Assembly: GCA_965140585.1 (NCBI GenBank)
Contig: OZ223270.1
Location: 160,001-224,000, forward strand
DNA from: Spirochaetia bacterium
GTDB lineage: Bacteria; Spirochaetota; Spirochaetia; UBA9216
Length of the DNA stretch: 64,000 bases
Direction of reading: 5' to 3'
The notes beneath the pieces are model-generated. The model had not been told where the DNA came from, searched no databases, and worked only from the letters and a program-made list of their open reading frames with translations. Shown one piece after another: positions 58,635 to 64,000 of the stretch; position 1 is the first letter of the stretch, and each line of letters starts with the position of its first letter. The position numbers and the translations under genes were made by a program.

Positions 58635-59668
58635 TATTTATCTTCCTCTAAATCAAAGCTTAGAATTATTTTTCCGATTTCTTTCTGGTTATTTTCAATA
58701 AGATCAAAGGCTTCCTGCACCTTGTCATAGTCAAAAACATGGGTTATCAGCTTTGTAATTTTTGTTTTTCCCTCATTAAAAACTTTTACGCATTTTTCAA
58801 ACTGGTAGGTCTGAAGTCTTGAGCCGACTACGGTGAGTTCTTTCTTGGTTATGTTCAGCATGGACATCTTTGCATAGGTGTCGGTGAAGCCCAGACAGAC
58901 TATTCTGCCTGCTGTTGAAGCAAGCGTCACAGCCTGCTCAAGTGTAGCAGGAGTTCCGGCGGCATCAATCACGACGTTGCACATCATACCCTCAGAAATT
59001 TTTTGAACCTCTTCCGCAAGATCGGCCTTTTCAGGATTAACTGTGTAATCGGCACCGAACTCTTTTGCAAAATCAAGACGCTTGTCACTGAGATCGGAAA
59101 TTATAACTTTTGCTCCGAGAAGTTTTGCGTTTTCGAGGACTGCAAGACCCGTGGGCCCGGCTCCGATAATCAGAACAAGATCATCCTTCTCCACACCGCC
59201 ACGGAAACATACCTGGGCTCCTATAGTGAAGGGTTCAATCATGACAGCATCTTTCCAGTCCAGACTGTCTGAAAATTTATGAACCTTGTCTTCAAAGGCA
59301 GTGAAATATTCCTGAAAACCGCCGTCCTTGTTTACCCCCCTGACATTCATACTTTCGCATACGTTGGGGCGGCCCTTTCTGCAGGCATAACAATGTCCAC
59401 AGGGTTCAATAGGTTCAAGAACCACGCGATCGCCAGGCTTTACTTTTGCAACACCCTCACCGGTTTTATAAACTTCTCCTACTGCTTCATGTCCGATAAC
59501 ACGGGGATAAAGCGCGAAGGGAGATGTTCCATGGTAAATGTGGATGTCGGAATAGCAGATACCTGCTGCCTTTGTTTTTACAAGAACTTCGCCGGGACCG
59601 GGTTCACCGGGTTCGGGAAGATCCGCAACTATAATTTCCCCAGGTTCAACAACCTGCAATGCTTTCAT
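58634..59668 (-). CDS. Zn-dependent sugar-acid dehydrogenase (L-gulonate/L-galactonate 5-dehydrogenase-like)
   Basis: GIC.SD.H, GHE, CGHCYACRKGRPNVC, GAGP and KELTVVGSR motifs. Confidence 0.85.
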   Translation of the reverse strand: MKALQVVEPGEIIVADLPEPGEPGPGEVLVKTKAAGICYSDIHIYHGTSPFALYPRVIGHEAVGEVYKTGEGVAKVKPGDRVVLEPIEPCGHCYACRKGRPNVCESMNVRGVNKDGGFQEYFTAFEDKVHKFSDSLDWKDAVMIEPFTIGAQVCFRGGVEKDDLVLIIGAGPTGLAVLENAKLLGAKVIISDLSDKRLDFAKEFGADYTVNPEKADLAEEVQKISEGMMCNVVIDAAGTPATLEQAVTLASTAGRIVCLGFTDTYAKMSMLNITKKELTVVGSRLQTYQFEKCVKVFNEGKTKITKLITHVFDYDKVQEAFDLIENNQKEIGKIILSFDLEEDK

Positions 59669-59700
59669 TTGTTACTCCTCAAGGGAGCAATGATTTTTCC

Positions 59701-60330
59701 TTAAACGTTTATTCCGTTTACCTTTGACGCAATTTTTCTGGCAGATGTAATATGCCGAATCATCGACATCTCAGCTCCTTCAGCATCCCCGTCCAGCATC
59801 TTTTCGATAATCTCAAGATGTTCCATATTGCTTATATGGAGACGATCAGGAATCTTTGCGCCTAGAACTACTATCCTCATATTATGAGAAAGCACATTAT
59901 CCATCAGCCTTATCAGGTAACTGTTGCCGGTCCTTTCAGCAAAGTACTTGTGCAGCAGATAGTCGTTACGCGTAATAAGGTTAAAATCATCACTTCCGTT
60001 TTTAAAAACTCTGTAAAACTCATTCAGAGTGTCAGTATCAACTTCTGGAGTAGCCAACCGGGCAATCATCGGTTCAACAGTTTCTCTCACAGTATAGATA
60101 TGTGATATCTCCTGTATGGAAATGTTAGAGACAATGACTCCTCTTCTCGGCATTACAACCAGAAGTCCCTCCTGCTCAAGAGCATTCACAGCTTCACGAA
60201 CAGGAGTCCTGCTTACTCCGATTTCCTTCATGAGTTCGTTCTGATCTACGACCGCACCCGGCATTAATTCACATGTGATGATTTTATCTTTAAGTGTCTG
60301 ATATGCTTTCTCTTTAAAGTTAAGCTCCAC
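59701..60330 (-). CDS. GntR/FCD family transcriptional regulator
   Basis: GVSRTPVREA HTH and FCD domain. Confidence 0.9.
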   Translation of the reverse strand: MELNFKEKAYQTLKDKIITCELMPGAVVDQNELMKEIGVSRTPVREAVNALEQEGLLVVMPRRGVIVSNISIQEISHIYTVRETVEPMIARLATPEVDTDTLNEFYRVFKNGSDDFNLITRNDYLLHKYFAERTGNSYLIRLMDNVLSHNMRIVVLGAKIPDRLHISNMEHLEIIEKMLDGDAEGAEMSMIRHITSARKIASKVNGINV

Positions 60331-60404
60331 GTTAAATCCTTATCCTTTATAATGGCTTTTTATCACGATGCGATTATAACACATACTCCGGGCACAGCAT
60401 TAAA

Positions 60405-61355
60405 CTAAATTTTTGCCACCTTTTTTCCTTTTGGAACCGAGGCTACAAGTATTACCATCAGGAGGGTTCCCTGAATGATATTCTGAAATGATGCGGGCAG
60501 CCTTGTAATATTCAAAAGAGTAACAACAAGGGTCAGCATCATAGCACCGCTCACGGCTCCCGCCACACTGGACTTTCCTCCGGAAGCACTTGTTCCTCCT
60601 ATTACAGAGGCGGCGACTGAGGTCATAAGATAAGACAGCCCCATATCCTGGGAGGCTCCTCCAAAATATCCTCCTAATAGAGTTCCAGCCACACCGGCAA
60701 GTACGCTGCTGATTACAAACGCGCCTATAACGGTTCTAACTACATTTACACCTGCAAGGGCGGCCGCTGTGCGGTTCTGGCCGACAGCATGAAGCCGTTT
60801 TCCGTATTTTGTACGATACATCAGCACACCCATTCCAAAGGCAATTACAGCAACAACCAGAATTACCGGTGAAATTCCGAAAATCTTAAGCTTCTGGGTA
60901 AAGAAGGCAATTTGGGGTGCCGGCATTCCTGTGGTCATTGAGGAAATGATGAGAACTGCTGAATAAACGATATATCCCACTGCAAGAGTTGTAATCATCG
61001 CAGGCACTTTCAGGTATAGATTTATCAGACCGATAATCACTCCTATAACTGCACAGACAAGGAGAGTGACAAAGAGTCCCGGTATAACTCCCGCCCTTGT
61101 TATCATCATTGATGAAATATACGCAGCCAGAGCAACAGTATACTGCGAACAGAGATCAATTGCCCCGTTTCCGCTGGTGAGAACCGTAGCCTGACCAAGA
61201 CTCAGGAGGACAAGAAAACTTGCAAGTGTAGCATTAACCAGCAGCATGTTAAGAGAGAAGCTGTTTGTGATAATGCTTATCATAATCCAAAGAACGGCAG
61301 AGCCGATTACTGACCATATCCAGACGTTACTGCTTAACCATTTTTTGATATTCAT
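60405..61355 (-). CDS. Sugar ABC transporter permease (RbsC-like)
   Basis: G.IDL, AVGQN..AA.LAG and VIGGTS motifs. Confidence 0.9.
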   Translation of the reverse strand: MNIKKWLSSNVWIWSVIGSAVLWIMISIITNSFSLNMLLVNATLASFLVLLSLGQATVLTSGNGAIDLCSQYTVALAAYISSMMITRAGVIPGLFVTLLVCAVIGVIIGLINLYLKVPAMITTLAVGYIVYSAVLIISSMTTGMPAPQIAFFTQKLKIFGISPVILVVAVIAFGMGVLMYRTKYGKRLHAVGQNRTAAALAGVNVVRTVIGAFVISSVLAGVAGTLLGGYFGGASQDMGLSYLMTSVAASVIGGTSASGGKSSVAGAVSGAMMLTLVVTLLNITRLPASFQNIIQGTLLMVILVASVPKGKKVAKI

Positions 61356-63832
61356 TTTTTCACCTCCATCCTGCTGCTTACCAGCTTCAGTGCGAGGGCC
61401 ACAATTAGAATTAATCCGGTTACCGCACTCTGAAGGTTTGAATCAATACCCAGAAAAGTAAGAAGAAAAGAAATACTTGAGATTCCAAGTGCTGCGGCTA
61501 CTACTCCTACCGGGGATCCGATACCGCCGACAAACTCACATCCACCGAGAATAATCGTGGCAATACTAAGCATGTTATAGGACCTTGTGGAATTACAGTC
61601 GCCACTGTTTGAAATTACTGTCAGCATTAGTGCGCCGAGAACCAGCATAAAACCTGAAAGTGCATAGGTTACAACCATAGCCCGTAATTGCGACCATCCG
61701 GCTCTTTCTACAGCCACAGGATTATTTCCGATACCGTTAATAACCATTCCATATTTAGATCGTTTAACTATCCAGTAAGACAGCAGCGCTGCAGCTATCG
61801 CGATAATCACAGGCATTGGTATAAGCGGAAACTCAAAATTGTAAAAAGCCTTTAACCACTCCGGAGCTGAACCGCCCGGAATCGGTGAGATAATGAGTGC
61901 TATTCCAAGCCATACAAACGAAGCCCCAAGAGTAATAACTATAGCCGGAATTTTAGTATAGTAGATTATTAGTGCAAGCCCCGCATAGGCAGCGATGAAC
62001 AGAATAGACATCAAGATCCCCAGCCCCGGTGTATTTACTATCAGAAAAGCCACAATGACATTCATTAATCCCAGCGACATGCCGTTTCCAAGATCTATAC
62101 CGCCTGCAATAACCATAAACATCTGGCCGAGGGCTACAAAAATCAAAGGAACTGCAGAAGAATACAGAATCTGTACGCCCATGTATGAGAGAATCCTAGG
62201 ATTAAGGAAGGAGTTGATAATAAAAATCGAAAAGAGCGTTACAAAGGCAAGAAAAGCCCTGTTACGAATAACCTTCTTGAATATATTTTCCTGCTTCTCT
62301 GCCGAAGATGCCATCTTATCAACATCAAGACCCTTTGATTTTTCCTGGAACGATGTTTTGATGATATTCTGCACACTTATATCATCTCCAATAAGTTCTC
62401 GTGCAATTTTACCGTCATGCATGACATAAACCCTGTCACACTGTTCCATTTCAAGGTCTTCAGTACTATGAAGGATAATCGCCTTCCCCTGAGATCTGGC
62501 TTCTTCAAGAAGCTTGTATATTTCCTGCTTAGTTTCAATATCAACACCGCAGGTCGGATCGTTCAGCAGAATCAGATCCGAGTCTGCTGCAAGGCCTCTT
62601 GCAAGGAGGGCTTTCTGCTGGTTTCCTCCGGAGAGGTTGGTTATCTCGTCACTAATTCCCTGAGCCCGGAATTTCAGCTTTTTATACCAGTGCTCTGCAA
62701 GATCCCGGAATCGCTGCTTTCTTATTATACCCTTCTCTGTCACCTGCTCCAGACTGGAAATAACAGTATTGTCTGCTATGTTCCATAAAGGAAAAATGCC
62801 TTCATTCTGCCGGTCACCACTGACATAAGAAACCGCTGTGTCAAGCCTGATTGATTTTGTATTGCCGGGAAGTAGTTTCTTTCCGGCAGCTTTAAAAATT
62901 TCGGCAATCAGTTCTTTCTGCCCTGCCCCTTCAAGACCGGAAATTCCTATAATCTCACCCTTTCTCACATGTAAATTAACATTATTAAGGGTATTTGTAG
63001 AAAGGTTCTGAATGTCCAGAATTACAGGAAGCTCAGTAACCTCCCGGCCTGCCCTTGTTTTTCTTTCAACCTTTCCTCCGAGAATCTCAACCAGATCATG
63101 CATGGAAGTACCGGCACTGCAGCCTTCCCAGCTGGAAGAACCGCTTTTCATTACAACTATCCGGTCACAGATTCTTTCGATTTCATCCAGTTTATGTGAT
63201 ATATAAATTACAGCTATATTTCTGTTTAATAGTTTTCTTATTGATTCGTGAAGCTGTTCGATTCTGTCTCCGGTCAACGAAGATGTCGGTTCATCGAGAA
63301 TCAGAACCTTCAGGCCCTTGTACGATACAGCCTTTGCTATCTCTATCATCTGCCGCTGAGCAAGAGAAAGCTCGCTGACAACAGTGTTAACGTCAATATT
63401 ATGATTTGGAAAAACTTCCTCCAGATATCCGGAAATCTGGACCATTGCCTTCTTCCGCCAGCCCGGCTTTCCGAACGGTTTATGATCCATATGGTTTATC
63501 ATGAAGTTTTCATATACCTTCAGATTGGTCAGAAGTGAAAGCTCCTGATATGCACAGGTAATACCCATATCCTTGGACCTGTTTGTATCAAACCCTGTTT
63601 CCGGCTCTTTACTGTCATTAAAAAAAATTCCGCCTTCGGTAGGTTCATGAGCGCCGGTAATAACCTTCATTAAAGTTGATTTTCCTGCACCGTTTGGACC
63701 TACAAGACCAAGGACTTCACCTGGAACAATTTCAAGGTTCATATCTACAAGAGCCTTTGTTACACCGAAATATTTATGGATATGCTCCAATCTCAGATAG
63801 GCAGTTTTCACCTTATCTGCTTCTATAGTCAT
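61352..63832 (-). CDS. Fused sugar ABC ATP-binding protein (two NBDs) and permease
   Basis: GPNGAGKS, LDEPT and LSGGNQQK, followed in frame by an RbsC-like TM domain. Confidence 0.88.
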   Translation of the reverse strand: MTIEADKVKTAYLRLEHIHKYFGVTKALVDMNLEIVPGEVLGLVGPNGAGKSTLMKVITGAHEPTEGGIFFNDSKEPETGFDTNRSKDMGITCAYQELSLLTNLKVYENFMINHMDHKPFGKPGWRKKAMVQISGYLEEVFPNHNIDVNTVVSELSLAQRQMIEIAKAVSYKGLKVLILDEPTSSLTGDRIEQLHESIRKLLNRNIAVIYISHKLDEIERICDRIVVMKSGSSSWEGCSAGTSMHDLVEILGGKVERKTRAGREVTELPVILDIQNLSTNTLNNVNLHVRKGEIIGISGLEGAGQKELIAEIFKAAGKKLLPGNTKSIRLDTAVSYVSGDRQNEGIFPLWNIADNTVISSLEQVTEKGIIRKQRFRDLAEHWYKKLKFRAQGISDEITNLSGGNQQKALLARGLAADSDLILLNDPTCGVDIETKQEIYKLLEEARSQGKAIILHSTEDLEMEQCDRVYVMHDGKIARELIGDDISVQNIIKTSFQEKSKGLDVDKMASSAEKQENIFKKVIRNRAFLAFVTLFSIFIINSFLNPRILSYMGVQILYSSAVPLIFVALGQMFMVIAGGIDLGNGMSLGLMNVIVAFLIVNTPGLGILMSILFIAAYAGLALIIYYTKIPAIVITLGASFVWLGIALIISPIPGGSAPEWLKAFYNFEFPLIPMPVIIAIAAALLSYWIVKRSKYGMVINGIGNNPVAVERAGWSQLRAMVVTYALSGFMLVLGALMLTVISNSGDCNSTRSYNMLSIATIILGGCEFVGGIGSPVGVVAAALGISSISFLLTFLGIDSNLQSAVTGLILIVALALKLVSSRMEVKK

Positions 63833-63905
63833 CAGTTTTCCTTCAAAGAATGATGAGCCTCTCTGACAGCCCTGAATCCGGACATTAGAGAGGCATTCTG
63901 TTTGT

Positions 63906-64000
63906 TTATTTATAGTAAGTATCTACAATCCAGTCGTGATCGTATTCTTTAGCGGCAACTTCATCCGGAGCCAGGTTTGCAAAATCGTCAACCATATCCT
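63906..64000 (-). CDS. 3' end of an upstream gene, probably the sugar-binding protein
   Basis: Reads DMVDDFANLAPDEVAAKEYDHDWIVDTYYK*, followed by hairpin GCCTCTCT...AGAGAGGC; identity inferred from context only. Confidence 0.55.
   Translation of the reverse strand, partial: DMVDDFANLAPDEVAAKEYDHDWIVDTYYK

Overview
A ~46% GC bacterial chromosomal segment, most likely from a free-living spirochaete (inferred from spirochaete-type hypothetical proteins and lipoproteins). Most of it is recognisable housekeeping and stress content: gnd-pgl-zwf, pyrG, higBA, pstCAB-phoU-phoB-phoR, cysQ, an HD-GYP protein, sbcCD, two ABC exporters, polB, pspF/pspABC with a sigma54 promoter, cvfB, nfeD-nfeD-floA, ackA, kbl-tdh and a uxuA-centred sugar-acid locus. 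No CRISPR array, rRNA, tRNA or transposase was seen. The most notable signals are: (1) a dispersed ~130-150 nt three-hairpin element in three intergenic regions, with divergent but still paired stems and a conserved unpaired linker ACCTTRGATGTAAA; (2) an orphan 69-aa YxxP-leader RiPP-like peptide with its own promoter and terminator, next to an ABC exporter; (3) a Moco/Tuco-type riboswitch in front of an NAD-dependent aldehyde dehydrogenase; (4) an Rrf2 operon encoding a signal-less binding protein, a GTPase, an ATPase and a Zn-ribbon protein but no permease; (5) a PstA carrying embedded PstS-like domains; (6) many apparently leaderless genes. Several frameshifts and gene remnants are also present. 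All calls were made by eye, without database searches.
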